From NCBI GenBank assembly GCA_028709405.1, contig JAQVXB010000001.1, forward strand, positions 661-24,660: a DNA stretch of 24,000 nucleotides, in the 5' to 3' direction. The notes beneath the pieces were generated by a model. It ran no database searches and was not told where the DNA came from. It was given only the letters and a program-made list of their open reading frames with translations. A program made the translations under genes and the position numbers. Position 1 is the stretch's first letter, and the number at the start of each line of letters is the position of its first letter. Shown here piece after piece: positions 1-8,884 of this stretch. This DNA is from Candidatus Shapirobacteria bacterium. Its GTDB lineage: Bacteria > Patescibacteriota > Microgenomatia > UBA12405.

Positions 1-129
1 AAATCATCCCTTCCTTGGGGTAAAAATCCCGCTTCTTTAATCATTGTTTCCACTAGTAGCGGTGTTATGTCTCAAAAAGAGGCAAAATTTAAAGGTCTTG
101 GTGGAGAAATTATTGCCGAAATTTGGTAA
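1..129 (+). CDS. rpsH: 30S ribosomal protein S8 (uS8), C-terminal fragment, truncated by window edge
   Basis: Frame 1 reads KSSLPWGKNPASLIIVSTSSGVMSQKEAKFKGLGGEIIAEIW*, matching the S8 C-terminal STSxGxM..KEA...GxGGE pattern; located directly upstream of rplF. Confidence 0.88.
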   Translation, partial: KSSLPWGKNPASLIIVSTSSGVMSQKEAKFKGLGGEIIAEIW

Positions 130-135
130 ACCTTT

Positions 136-675
136 ATGTCAAGAATAGGAAAACAATTAATTAATATTCCAACCGGAGTTTCTGTTGTTGTTAATCAAAA
201 AGAAGTTACCGTTACCGGTCCAAAAGGCGAACTAAAATTAAATTTTGCTCCAAAAATTAATGTTGAAGTTAAAGATAATCAAGTTTTTGTTACCCGCGTT
301 TCTGAAGATAAAAAAACCAAATCAAACCACGGTACAGTTAGAGCTCATATTAATAATATGATTAAAGGGGTTGTTGAACCTTGGAAAAAAGAAATGGAAA
401 TAAAAGGTACTGGTTATAAAGTTGCTTTAATGGGGAATAAAGTCAGATTAAACGTCGGTTTTATTCACCCTGTTGATGTTACTGCTCCAACTGGAGTTGT
501 TTTTGAAGTTCCAGAAGATACTAAAATTATAATTACTGGCCCAGATAGAACAGTTGTTGGTCAGGTTGCCAGCAATATTCGAAAAATCAGACCACCCGAA
601 CCTTACAAAGGTAAAGGTATTAGATATGCTGATGAATTTATTAAACTTAAAGCAGGTAAAAAAGCTAAAGCCTAA
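136..675 (+). CDS. rplF: 50S ribosomal protein L6 (uL6)
   Basis: MSRIGKQLINIPTGVSV... with C-terminal GPDRTVVGQVASNIRKIRPPEPYKGKGIRY signature. Confidence 0.97.
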   Translation: MSRIGKQLINIPTGVSVVVNQKEVTVTGPKGELKLNFAPKINVEVKDNQVFVTRVSEDKKTKSNHGTVRAHINNMIKGVVEPWKKEMEIKGTGYKVALMGNKVRLNVGFIHPVDVTAPTGVVFEVPEDTKIIITGPDRTVVGQVASNIRKIRPPEPYKGKGIRYADEFIKLKAGKKAKA

Positions 676-683
676 AAAATAAT

Positions 684-1028
684 ATGATCACCCATAATTC
701 AAAACAACGTCGTCAAAATCGAGTTAGAGCTAAATTAGCCCTAAATTCAGGTGTTCCTCGATTAACTGTCTTTAGAAGTAATCAACATCTTTGGGCTCAA
801 ATTATCGATGATAAACACGGTAAAACTCTCGTCGCTGCTTCTACTAAAGCTTTAAAATTAGACAAGGGTACAAAAACTGAAAAAGCTATCGCTGTTGGCG
901 CCCAAATTGCTACTCTTGCTTTAGAAAAGAAAATTATTAAAGTTAGATTCGATCGTGGTCTTTACCGTTATCATGGTCGAGTTAAAGCTCTTGCCGATGG
1001 AGCTCGTTCCAAAGGTTTAGTTTTTTAA
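684..1028 (+). CDS. rplR: 50S ribosomal protein L18 (uL18)
   Basis: RVRAKLALNSGVPRLTVFRSNQHLWAQIIDD...FDRGLYRYHGRVKALADGARSKGLVF; operon position. Confidence 0.96.
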   Translation: MITHNSKQRRQNRVRAKLALNSGVPRLTVFRSNQHLWAQIIDDKHGKTLVAASTKALKLDKGTKTEKAIAVGAQIATLALEKKIIKVRFDRGLYRYHGRVKALADGARSKGLVF

Positions 1029-1032
1029 AAAT

Positions 1033-1500
1033 ATGAATCCAAATCAACAATATCAAAAATATGAAAAACCAGTCAGCGAGTTCGTTGATAAGGTTGTCAA
1101 AATTAAAAGAGTATCTAAAAAAACCAAAGGTGGAAATCAAATTCACTTTACTGCCTTAGTTGTTTCCGGTGATAAAAAAAATCGAGTTGGTGTTGGCTTA
1201 GGTAAAGCTAAAAGTGTTGCTGACGCTATTCAAAAGGGTATTAAAAAAGCCCAAAAAAGTTTAATTAATGTTCCTATTGTCGATGGTACTATCTCTGGTT
1301 CTGTTACTTTAAAATTCAAAGGTGCTATTGTTATGATTCGACCAGGTAAAAAAGGAAGTGGTCTTATTGCTGGTGGTCCAGTCAGATCAGTTGTTGAATT
1401 AGCTGGTATTCAAGACATCGTCAGTAAAATTATTGGCTCTAAAAACAAATCAATTAATGTTTGGGCAGCTCTTAAAGCTCTCTCTATTCTAAAAAAATAA
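1033..1500 (+). CDS. rpsE: 30S ribosomal protein S5 (uS5)
   Basis: VVKIKRVSKKTKGGNQIHFTALVVSGDKKNRVGVGLGKAKSVADAIQKG signature. Confidence 0.97.
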   Translation: MNPNQQYQKYEKPVSEFVDKVVKIKRVSKKTKGGNQIHFTALVVSGDKKNRVGVGLGKAKSVADAIQKGIKKAQKSLINVPIVDGTISGSVTLKFKGAIVMIRPGKKGSGLIAGGPVRSVVELAGIQDIVSKIIGSKNKSINVWAALKALSILKK

Positions 1501-1501
1501 T

Positions 1502-1951
1502 ATGGAAATTTTAACTAAATTAACTAAAATTACTCAAAAACCAGCCCGTCGTTGCGGTCGTGGTATTGGTTCAGGCCTAGGTGGTCATACTTCTGGTCGT
1601 GGCGCCAAGGGTGATAAAGCTCGAGGTTCAACTGCTTTAACTTTTGCTGGTACTAAACATAAAAAATCTTGGATTAAAAGACTTCCTTTTTTAAGAGGTA
1701 AACATCGTCTTCAAAGTCAAAAAAATGTCATTAATGTTAATTTAAATCAGATTGAAAAATGGTTTAAGGCTAACGATATTGTTGATACTACTTCAATTGC
1801 TAAAAAAGCTAATTTTTCTCTAAAGAACTTTAATTCTGCTTTTAAAATTTTAGCTACTGGTAATCTTACTAAATCTCTAAAATTTAAAAACCTCTCTTTC
1901 TCAAAAGAGGCCAAAAACAAAATTATTGCTGCGGGTGGTAATATAGAGTAA
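1502..1951 (+). CDS. rplO: 50S ribosomal protein L15 (uL15)
   Basis: RRCGRGIGSGLGGHTSGRGAKGDKAR N-terminal motif; starts 1 nt after the rpsE stop. Confidence 0.96.
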   Translation: MEILTKLTKITQKPARRCGRGIGSGLGGHTSGRGAKGDKARGSTALTFAGTKHKKSWIKRLPFLRGKHRLQSQKNVINVNLNQIEKWFKANDIVDTTSIAKKANFSLKNFNSAFKILATGNLTKSLKFKNLSFSKEAKNKIIAAGGNIE

Positions 1952-3231
1952 TGAATCTGATAGCTAAGTCACTTCTGCTATATGTTGAGGGTTTAAAAAC
2001 CCCTATTTTTAGAAAAAAATTAACAGTTACTCTTTTGCTTTTAATTTTTTTTCGTCTAATTGCCCACATCCCAGTTCCTGGTATTAATCTTGATTTATTA
2101 AAACAATTTTTTTCTCAAAACCAACTATTATCTCTTTTAGATATTTTTTCTGGTGGTACTCTTGCTAATTTTTCTATTGCTGCTCTTGGTTTATCTCCTT
2201 ACATCAGTGCTTCAGTTATGATGCAGCTTTTAGCTTTAGTCGTTCCTCAAATTGAAGAACTTCAAAAAGAAGGGGAATATGGCCGAGCCAAGATTAATCA
2301 ATATACTCGTATTGCCACTATCCCTTTTGCTATTATCAACAGCATTGGTATGTTCACTATCCTAAAATCTCAAAATATTATTACTACTTTTACTCCCTTA
2401 ACCATTGCTGGTTTGGTTTTTAGTATGTTGGCTGGTACCATGATCATGATTTTCTTAGGTGAGATGATCAATTTATACGGTGTTGGAAATGGTATCTCTA
2501 TGCTTATTTTTGCCGGTATTATCTCTCGTTTACCAATCAGCTTTATTCAAACTTTCAGTATTACCGATTTTTCTAATCCTCAAAATACCTTAAACCTTAT
2601 CATCCTTGCCGCTATGGCTTTTGTCTTAATCTTCTGTATAGTCTTAGTCGAAGAAGCTATTCTTCGTGTTCCCATAAATTATGCTAAACGTGGTCAATCA
2701 ACCTATCTTCCCATAAAAATTAATACAGCTGGAGTTATGCCAATAATTTTTGCTGTTTCTCTTGCTACTGTACCTTCATTATTTGGACAGTTTTTAGGAA
2801 AAGTTTCCAATAGTTTTATTGCCAATACCGCCAATACTATTTCTTATATTTTTAGAACCGATGGTTATCTCTATATGGCTTTTTATTTTATATTAGTTAT
2901 GGGTTTTACTTTTTTCTACACTTCAGTTATTTTTAAACCAAAAGAAATTGCCGAGGAATTAAGAAAATCAGGTGGTTTTATCCCTGGCATTCGTCCTGGT
3001 ATTTCCACTGAAAAACGCCTCAAATATCTAATTAATCGAGTTATTGTCATTGGTTCCGTCTTTTTAGGTCTTATTGCTGTTTCTCCATCTATTGTTCAAA
3101 AAATTACCGGTATTACCACTTTAACTATTGGTGGAACTAGTGTTCTTATCGTTGTTTCTGTAATTATTGAATTAACTCGCAAATTAGAAAATGTCGTTCA
3201 AATGCAAAATTACGACAAATTAAGTTATTAA
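1951..3231 (+). CDS. secY: Preprotein translocase subunit SecY
   Basis: Multi-TM protein with HIPVPGINLD, GLSPYISASVMMQLL and AEELRKSGGFIPGIRPG motifs; stop/start overlap with rplO. Confidence 0.97.
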   Translation: MNLIAKSLLLYVEGLKTPIFRKKLTVTLLLLIFFRLIAHIPVPGINLDLLKQFFSQNQLLSLLDIFSGGTLANFSIAALGLSPYISASVMMQLLALVVPQIEELQKEGEYGRAKINQYTRIATIPFAIINSIGMFTILKSQNIITTFTPLTIAGLVFSMLAGTMIMIFLGEMINLYGVGNGISMLIFAGIISRLPISFIQTFSITDFSNPQNTLNLIILAAMAFVLIFCIVLVEEAILRVPINYAKRGQSTYLPIKINTAGVMPIIFAVSLATVPSLFGQFLGKVSNSFIANTANTISYIFRTDGYLYMAFYFILVMGFTFFYTSVIFKPKEIAEELRKSGGFIPGIRPGISTEKRLKYLINRVIVIGSVFLGLIAVSPSIVQKITGITTLTIGGTSVLIVVSVIIELTRKLENVVQMQNYDKLSY

Positions 3232-3286
3232 TTTAATAAATTTAAAACTAGCGTACTAACGCTCCAAAGTTCTAAAGATCTAAAAT

Positions 3287-3874
3287 ATGGCTCTAAATCT
3301 ATTTATAATCGGACCATCAGGCTGTGGTAAATCCACTCAAGCCAAACTTATCGCCGAAAAATACGGCCTTACTCATTTATCTACCGGCCAACTTCTTCGA
3401 GACGAGATTTCTTCTTCATCAGAACTTGGATTAAAAGCTAAATCATATATTGATGCTGGTAACTTAGTTCCAGATGAAATAGTCTTTGAGATTTTAACTT
3501 CAAATTTTGCCAAACTTAATAATCAAGATTTTATTGTCGACGGTTTCCCTCGAATGCTTAGTCAAGGCCAATTTATTGAAAATTATTTATCATCCCAAAA
3601 TCAACCACTGGATTTAATTATCCATTTAGATGTTTCTTTTGAAGAAATTCAAGCTCGTCGTGCTAAAATGGGTGTCGATTTTCAAGATAAAAACCGAACC
3701 GACAATACCCCCGAAGCCATGGCCGCCCGTCAAAAATTCTATGATGATAATAATGATCTAATTATGAATTATTTTCAATCAAAAAATCTTTTATTCCGTA
3801 CCGATGGTAATCGCCCTATTGAACCAATTTTTAATGATATCTGTCAAAAAATTAATAGTTTACCTCAAAATTAA
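3287..3874 (+). CDS. adk: Adenylate kinase
   Basis: GPSGCGKSTQAKLIAEKYGLTHLSTGQLLRDEI; LVPDEI; DGFPRMLSQ. Confidence 0.95.
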   Translation: MALNLFIIGPSGCGKSTQAKLIAEKYGLTHLSTGQLLRDEISSSSELGLKAKSYIDAGNLVPDEIVFEILTSNFAKLNNQDFIVDGFPRMLSQGQFIENYLSSQNQPLDLIIHLDVSFEEIQARRAKMGVDFQDKNRTDNTPEAMAARQKFYDDNNDLIMNYFQSKNLLFRTDGNRPIEPIFNDICQKINSLPQN

Positions 3875-3883
3875 TTCATTTTA

Positions 3884-4087
3884 ATGAAAGAACCAACCGT
3901 CAAAGGTCAAATAACCGAAGTCTTGCCTAATTCCCTTTATCGGGTTAAACTCGAAAATGGCAATGACATTATTGCTCATTTAGCCGGCAAATTACGAATG
4001 CACCACATTCGAGTTTTAGCTGGAGACAATGTTTCTCTCGTCCTTAGTCCTGAAGGAGAAAAGGGTAGAATTGTCTATCGCATATAA
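3884..4087 (+). CDS. infA: Translation initiation factor IF-1
   Basis: VKGQITEVLPNSLYRVKLENGNDIIAHLAGKLRMHHIRVLAGDNVSLVLSPE. Confidence 0.95.
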   Translation: MKEPTVKGQITEVLPNSLYRVKLENGNDIIAHLAGKLRMHHIRVLAGDNVSLVLSPEGEKGRIVYRI

Positions 4088-4144
4088 ATTAAATTTACTC
4101 TTTGATATTGTCGGCTTTTTAGGTTACAATATCCAAGTTCCTAT

Positions 4145-4258
4145 ATGAAAGTAAAATCTAGTATTAAACGTCGATGTAAAAACTGTAAGATAGTTCTCCG
4201 AAGAGGAGTTCGACGTGTTATTTGTTCTACCAAAAGACATACCCAAAAACAGGGTTAA
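4145..4258 (+). CDS. rpmJ: 50S ribosomal protein L36 (bL36), zinc-ribbon form
   Basis: Short ORF not in the supplied track: [37 protein letters not shown], with CxxC...C...H; canonical infA-rpmJ-rpsM order. Confidence 0.95.
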   Translation: MKVKSSIKRRCKNCKIVLRRGVRRVICSTKRHTQKQG

Positions 4259-4266
4259 TTTTAAAT

Positions 4267-4686
4267 ATGAGAATTGTTGGCGTTGAAATTCCAGATAATG
4301 AAAGAGCTGAAATAGGTTTGACTCGTTTTTTTGGTATTGGTCGAACCAATGTTAAAGATTTAGCCAAGAAAGCCAAAATCGACTTAAATACTAGAATAAA
4401 AGATCTTTCTCGTGACGACGTTTCTAATTTAATGAAAGCTTTGGAAAATTTTAAAGTTGAAGGTGATCTTAAAAAAGAAATTAGAGAAAATATTGATCGT
4501 TTAAAAGCTATTAAAGCTTATCGTGGTATTCGTCACATTGTCAGCCTTCCAGTTCGAGGTCAAAGAACTAAAACAAATTCTCGTACCAGAAAAGGTAAAA
4601 AGAAAACTGTTGGATCATTAACCAAAGAGGCTTGGGCAAAGATTGAAACTGCTCAAAAAGCTGCTAGTAATAATACTAATAAATAA
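4267..4686 (+). CDS. rpsM: 30S ribosomal protein S13 (uS13)
   Basis: [32 protein letters not shown]...[30 protein letters not shown]. The longer ORF from 4222 would overlap rpmJ, so ATG 4267 is preferred. Confidence 0.95.
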   Translation: MRIVGVEIPDNERAEIGLTRFFGIGRTNVKDLAKKAKIDLNTRIKDLSRDDVSNLMKALENFKVEGDLKKEIRENIDRLKAIKAYRGIRHIVSLPVRGQRTKTNSRTRKGKKKTVGSLTKEAWAKIETAQKAASNNTNK

Positions 4687-4697
4687 TTAATCTAAAA

Positions 4698-5105
4698 ATG
4701 GCCCAAAATAACACTCAAACAAATAATACTGTCACTAAAAAGAAAACTTTTAAAAATATTGCTGAAGGTCGACTTTATATTCAATCAACTTTTAATAATA
4801 CTATTGTCACAATTACTGATACTAAAGGTAAAACTATCTCTTGGTCTAGTTCTGGAAATTGTGGTTTCAAAGGTGCTAGAAAATCTACTCCTTATGCCGC
4901 TACCACTGCCATCGAAAAGACTCTAGAAGAAGCCAAAAAACACGGTGTTAAAAAATTAGCAGTTTATTTAAAAGGTCCAGGTTCCGGTCGAGATGCCGCC
5001 CTTAGATATCTTCGCACCAAAAGAGATTTTGATGTCGATATGATCTCTGATGTCACCCCTATCCCTCACAATGGTCCCAGACCTCCAAAACAACGTCGAG
5101 TATAA
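4698..5105 (+). CDS. rpsK: 30S ribosomal protein S11 (uS11)
   Basis: [39 protein letters not shown]...[16 protein letters not shown]. Confidence 0.97.
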   Translation: MAQNNTQTNNTVTKKKTFKNIAEGRLYIQSTFNNTIVTITDTKGKTISWSSSGNCGFKGARKSTPYAATTAIEKTLEEAKKHGVKKLAVYLKGPGSGRDAALRYLRTKRDFDVDMISDVTPIPHNGPRPPKQRRV

Positions 5106-5145
5106 CTTTATGAACTTTATAACTTTTAACTTTATAAACTAATCT

Positions 5146-5778
5146 ATGTCAAGAATTACTTTAAATTCCAAATGTCGACTTTGTCGAGCTGCTGGATCAA
5201 AATTATATTTAAAAGGTCTTCGTTGTAATTCTTCGAAGTGTCCAATTGAAAAAAAAGGTGCCGTTAAACCAGGTATGCACGGTGTTAAAAGTGGTAGTAA
5301 ACCTACTGATTATGGTATTCAGCTTCGAGCAAAACAAAAAGCCAAAAGAATTTATGGTGTTCAAGAAACTCAATTTAAAAATTACTATCTCAAAGCCAAA
5401 AATCTTAAAGGTTTGGTCGGTGATAATTTAATGATCCTTCTTGAAAAACGTCTAGATAATGTTCTTTATAAATCAGGTTTAGTTTTATCTAGATCTTTAG
5501 CTAAACAACTAACTAGCCATAAACATGTTTTAGTTAACGATAAAAAACTCAACATTTCTTCTTATGAAACTAAAATAGGCGATATCATCAGTTTTGATCA
5601 AAAAACCATCAATACCTACAAAGATATCCTCCCAGCCATGGAAAACGATTTTAAAGCCCCTATGTGGCTTGATTTAAACAAAAAAAACCTTACTGTCAAA
5701 GTCATTTCTACTCCAACCAGAGAAGAAGTGGTCGGCGACATTGATGTCAATTTAATAATTGAATATTATTCAAGATAA
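5146..5778 (+). CDS. rpsD: 30S ribosomal protein S4 (uS4), cysteine-containing form
   Basis: CRLCRAAGSKLYLKGLRCNSSKCPIEKK; RLDNVLYKSGLVLSRSLAKQLTSHKHVLVNDKK S4 RNA-binding domain. Confidence 0.95.
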   Translation: MSRITLNSKCRLCRAAGSKLYLKGLRCNSSKCPIEKKGAVKPGMHGVKSGSKPTDYGIQLRAKQKAKRIYGVQETQFKNYYLKAKNLKGLVGDNLMILLEKRLDNVLYKSGLVLSRSLAKQLTSHKHVLVNDKKLNISSYETKIGDIISFDQKTINTYKDILPAMENDFKAPMWLDLNKKNLTVKVISTPTREEVVGDIDVNLIIEYYSR

Positions 5779-5796
5779 TAAAAAAAGGAGCCAAAA

Positions 5797-6714
5797 ATGA
5801 TCGAAACAAATAAGTTTAATATCAAAACCGTAAAAACAGAAGAAAGATACGGTAAATTCGAACTTAGTCCATTAGTTGGTGGCTTTGGTCACACTCTTGG
5901 CAATAGCTTACGTCGAGTTTTGTTAATCACTATCCCTGGTGCTGCTATCACCAAAATTAGAATTGATGGTGCTAACCATCTTTTTACTACTTTGCCTGGG
6001 GTTAAAGAAGATTTAGTCGAAATTTCCTTAAATCTTAAAAAGATTAAATTTGAATATAATCAAAACGATCCTATCGTTTTAGAGTTAGAAAAGAAAGGTC
6101 CTGGTGTTGTCACTGCTGGTGATATTGCCGATACTGAATTGTGTAAAGTTTCCAATCCAGAACAAGTAATTGCCACCCTTGCTGACAATAAATCATCCCT
6201 AAAAATTTCTTTGACAGTTGAAAGGGGAGTTGGTTATACCTTAGCCAAAGAACAAAAAACCGATGTTGTTGGTGAAATTATCCTTGACGCCGCTTTTACT
6301 CCTGTAATTAAGACCAATTACACTGTTGAGCCTACTCGTTTGGGTAAAAAATCAAATTACGACAAATTAACCATGGAAATCTGGACTGATGGTTCAGTTG
6401 ATCCTCTTCACGCCCTTAAAATGGCCGCTAAAGATTTAATTAGCTCTTTTAGTCAAATTGTCGACCCAAAAGAATTTGAAGAAGAAGTCATAACTCTATT
6501 AGCTTCTCCAAACCTTCATGGTAGCGATATCTCTGTTGAAGAAATCGAACTTCCTTTAAGAGTTACTAATGCTCTCAAAAAAGCCGGTTATCCCACCATT
6601 GACGCTTTAATTAAAGCTGGTCGTTTAGATGTTAGCAAGGCTAAAAATGTCGGCGAAAAATCATTAAAAGTTATTGATGCCTGGTTAAAAGAAAGAGGCT
6701 TCACTTGGAAATAA
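5797..6714 (+). CDS. rpoA: DNA-directed RNA polymerase subunit alpha
   Basis: GGFGHTLGNSLRRVLLITIPGAAI; N-terminal dimerisation domain plus helix-hairpin-helix C-terminal domain; SD-like aaaaaaaggag upstream. Confidence 0.97.
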   Translation: MIETNKFNIKTVKTEERYGKFELSPLVGGFGHTLGNSLRRVLLITIPGAAITKIRIDGANHLFTTLPGVKEDLVEISLNLKKIKFEYNQNDPIVLELEKKGPGVVTAGDIADTELCKVSNPEQVIATLADNKSSLKISLTVERGVGYTLAKEQKTDVVGEIILDAAFTPVIKTNYTVEPTRLGKKSNYDKLTMEIWTDGSVDPLHALKMAAKDLISSFSQIVDPKEFEEEVITLLASPNLHGSDISVEEIELPLRVTNALKKAGYPTIDALIKAGRLDVSKAKNVGEKSLKVIDAWLKERGFTWK

Positions 6715-6717
6715 ACT

Positions 6718-7167
6718 ATGAGACACCGAATGGTAGGTAAAAAATTAGGACGCAACTTTAACGAAAGAAAAGCATTGTTAAAGTCTTTAACCAAAGCTAT
6801 GTTTACTCATGGTTCAATTGAGACTACCGAAGCTAAGGTTAAAGCTATCATTCCCATGGTCGAAGCTTTAGCTAATACTATTGTTAGTAAAGAAGAATTA
6901 ACTGCCAAAAGAGAATTATTTAAAGTTCTTCAAGATCAACATTGGGTTAACCGTGTTGTTACTAATTTTAAATCTGTTTTTGGTGATCAAAAATCAAATT
7001 TTACTACTATTACTAAAGTTAAGCGACGTTTCGGTGATGATGCCTTAATTGTTAAACTTAGCTTTGTTAAAGCAGTTAATTTTAAACCAGAAATAATTAA
7101 AATTGATAAAAAAGCCAAAAAAGAAGTTACTAAAAAGGTCAAACCAGTTAAAAAGGAGTCAAAATAA
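6718..7167 (+). CDS. rplQ: 50S ribosomal protein L17 (bL17)
   Basis: MRHRMVGKKLGRNFNERKALLKSLTKAMFTHGSIETTEAKVKAI. Confidence 0.95.
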   Translation: MRHRMVGKKLGRNFNERKALLKSLTKAMFTHGSIETTEAKVKAIIPMVEALANTIVSKEELTAKRELFKVLQDQHWVNRVVTNFKSVFGDQKSNFTTITKVKRRFGDDALIVKLSFVKAVNFKPEIIKIDKKAKKEVTKKVKPVKKESK

Positions 7168-7583
7168 TGAAAACCACAGTCTTAAAAGGTAATAGTGTTG
7201 AAAGAAAATGGCATCTAATAGATCTAAAAGGCAAAACTCTTGGTCGAGTTTGTACTGAGATTGCCACTCTTTTAATGGGCAAAGATAAATTGACTTTTTC
7301 TTATCATCGAGATGATGGTGATTATGTTGTTGCTATCAATGCCGCTGACATTGTTACTACTGGTCGTAAATTAAAGCAAAAAATATATTATCATCACACC
7401 GCTTGGTCCGGTCACTTAAAAGAACTTACCCTTGGTGAATTATTAAGAAAAGATGCTCGAAAAGTCATTACTCACGGCGTTTATGGTATGTTGCCCAAAA
7501 ATAAATTAAGAGATATTAGAATGACTCGATTAAAAGTTTTTATTGGTGAAGAACACAAGTTCGCTGATAAGTTTACTAAATAA
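7167..7583 (+). CDS. rplM: 50S ribosomal protein L13 (uL13)
   Basis: RKWHLIDLKGKTLGRVCTEIATLLMGKDKL...YGMLPKNKLRDIRMTRLKVFIGEEH; ATG overlaps rplQ stop. Confidence 0.94.
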   Translation: MKTTVLKGNSVERKWHLIDLKGKTLGRVCTEIATLLMGKDKLTFSYHRDDGDYVVAINAADIVTTGRKLKQKIYYHHTAWSGHLKELTLGELLRKDARKVITHGVYGMLPKNKLRDIRMTRLKVFIGEEHKFADKFTK

Positions 7584-7587
7584 AATT

Positions 7588-7998
7588 ATGGTAAAAAAAA
7601 CTAATTCAAATACATATACCTATGCCATTGGCAGAAGAAAATCAGCCATTGCCACAGTCAAATTATTTGCTGGTAAAGGTGACTCTACTGTCAATAAAAT
7701 TGCCATCGATAAATATTTTCCTGGGTTAACTGCAAAAATTGCTTATGACCGACCATTTTTAATAACCGATACTGTTGGTAAATATCATTTCCAAAGCAAG
7801 ATTATTGGTGGTGGTAAAGCTGGTCAAGTTGAAGCTCTTAGTTTAGCTCTTTGTCGAAGCTTGGTTAAAATTAATGAATCTTTTAAAGCCATTATTAAAC
7901 CAACTGGTTTATTAACCGTTGATTCTCGAGTTAAAGAAAGAAGAATGGTTGGAACTGGTGGTAAATCCCGACGTCAAAAGCAATCTCCAAAGCGTTAA
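7588..7998 (+). CDS. rpsI: 30S ribosomal protein S9 (uS9)
   Basis: YAIGRRKSAIATVKLFAGKG...GGGKAGQVEALSLALCRSLVKI...KERRMVGTGGKSRRQKQSPKR. The longer ORF from 7543 overlaps rplM, so ATG 7588 is preferred. Confidence 0.95.
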   Translation: MVKKTNSNTYTYAIGRRKSAIATVKLFAGKGDSTVNKIAIDKYFPGLTAKIAYDRPFLITDTVGKYHFQSKIIGGGKAGQVEALSLALCRSLVKINESFKAIIKPTGLLTVDSRVKERRMVGTGGKSRRQKQSPKR

Positions 7999-8012
7999 TC
8001 TAGATTTTATTT

Positions 8013-8088
8013 CCCAAAAAAAAGCGGTCAAAGACGAAGAAAAAATAAAACTACTTGTGTAGTCAATTTTTTCGTCATCCCGACCGCT
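8013..8088 (-). terminator. Rho-independent terminator for the minus-strand three-gene cassette
   Basis: agcggtc (8023-8029) pairs with gaccgct (8082-8088); inner gacgaa (8033-8038)/ttcgtc (8071-8076) and actac (8050-8054)/gtagt (8059-8063). Read on the minus strand, the stem is followed by TTTTTTTTGGG. Confidence 0.7.
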
Positions 8089-8119
8089 AATTCTTTACAA
8101 CCCATACTGTAATATTTTA

Positions 8120-8149
8120 TTTTATCCGCTTCGGATAAAAATTTTTTTT
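8120..8149 (+). terminator. Rho-independent terminator at the end of the ribosomal operon
   Basis: tttatccg-ctt-cggataaa stem (8121-8139) followed by an 8-T run. Confidence 0.85.
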
Positions 8150-8246
8150 GCAGTAAGAATTGCAATTTTTCCCTTCATTACTAGAATGAGACGAGTGTGT
8201 ATTTATTGATATAGGATTTTTTTTCTTTTCTGAGGGTGGTTTTTGA

Positions 8247-8645
8247 TCAAATGGAAAATAGATTTCTCTTTTCATTTTTAACCTCCTCATTTTCTTCAAT
8301 AAGAAGTGTTTGTAATCTTCTTATTGCTTGATCTATAGAATATCTCGACCCTTCGGCATTATTAACGACGAACCAAAAATTCAGCCTAAATTCTTCTTGG
8401 AGATCTTTTAAAGAAGATAATATTTTATTCTTTTTTTCGTTTTCCCAGACAATAAAAAAACACTTCTTAATTTGTTTTTTTATTTCATTCATCTCGACTA
8501 TTTTTCCCTTGTACCTCAGAATCATCTCTTTAAGCTTGATAATTCGGTATTTTTTGATTTGTGAAAGTATATATTCTCTAGTCAAAAATATTACAAAGAC
8601 AGTTTCAATAATTATTAAAATTATTAATACAACAGGATCTACCAT
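8247..8645 (-). CDS. Hypothetical protein: N-terminal transmembrane helix plus charged, helical C-terminal region
   Basis: 132-aa ORF with MVDPVVLIILIIIETVFVIFLTREYI; strong SD (aaaggaggttattATG); TGA stop. Confidence 0.7.
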   Translation of the reverse strand: MVDPVVLIILIIIETVFVIFLTREYILSQIKKYRIIKLKEMILRYKGKIVEMNEIKKQIKKCFFIVWENEKKNKILSSLKDLQEEFRLNFWFVVNNAEGSRYSIDQAIRRLQTLLIEENEEVKNEKRNLFSI

Positions 8646-8659
8646 AATAACCTCCTTTC

Positions 8660-8884
8660 TTATTCCAGGGTAAAATAGATATCGCGGTAAATTTTCAGTA
8701 TGATTTTCTTTTCTTCTATTGTATCTTTACTCCCCATCATGATTTTAGTCGCCCAAAAAAAACCTTGGATGTAAGGACAGTCCAAATTTTCAATTAGTAA
8801 AATCAGTTCCGTCATCATGACATCGAAGTACTGATTATCAGCCGCAAGAATTTTATCCATCTTCTCTAAAACATTCTTATTCAT
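8660..8884 (-). CDS. Hypothetical small soluble protein (74 aa)
   Basis: MNKNVLEKMDKILAADNQYFDVMMTELILLIENLDCPYIQGFFWATKIMMGSKDTIEEKKIILKIYRDIYFTLE; SD-like aaaaggagag upstream; start overlaps the stop of the preceding gene. Confidence 0.65.
   Translation of the reverse strand: MNKNVLEKMDKILAADNQYFDVMMTELILLIENLDCPYIQGFFWATKIMMGSKDTIEEKKIILKIYRDIYFTLE

Noticed and set aside
5246-5431. Plus-strand ORF inside rpsD
   Set aside because: Out-of-frame shadow of a well-conserved ribosomal protein gene.
8247-8249. Recoded UGA (as in some CPR lineages with code 25)
   Set aside because: TGA acts as a plausible stop here and at the end of miaA (17254-17256), and conserved proteins show no in-frame TGA, so the standard bacterial code fits.
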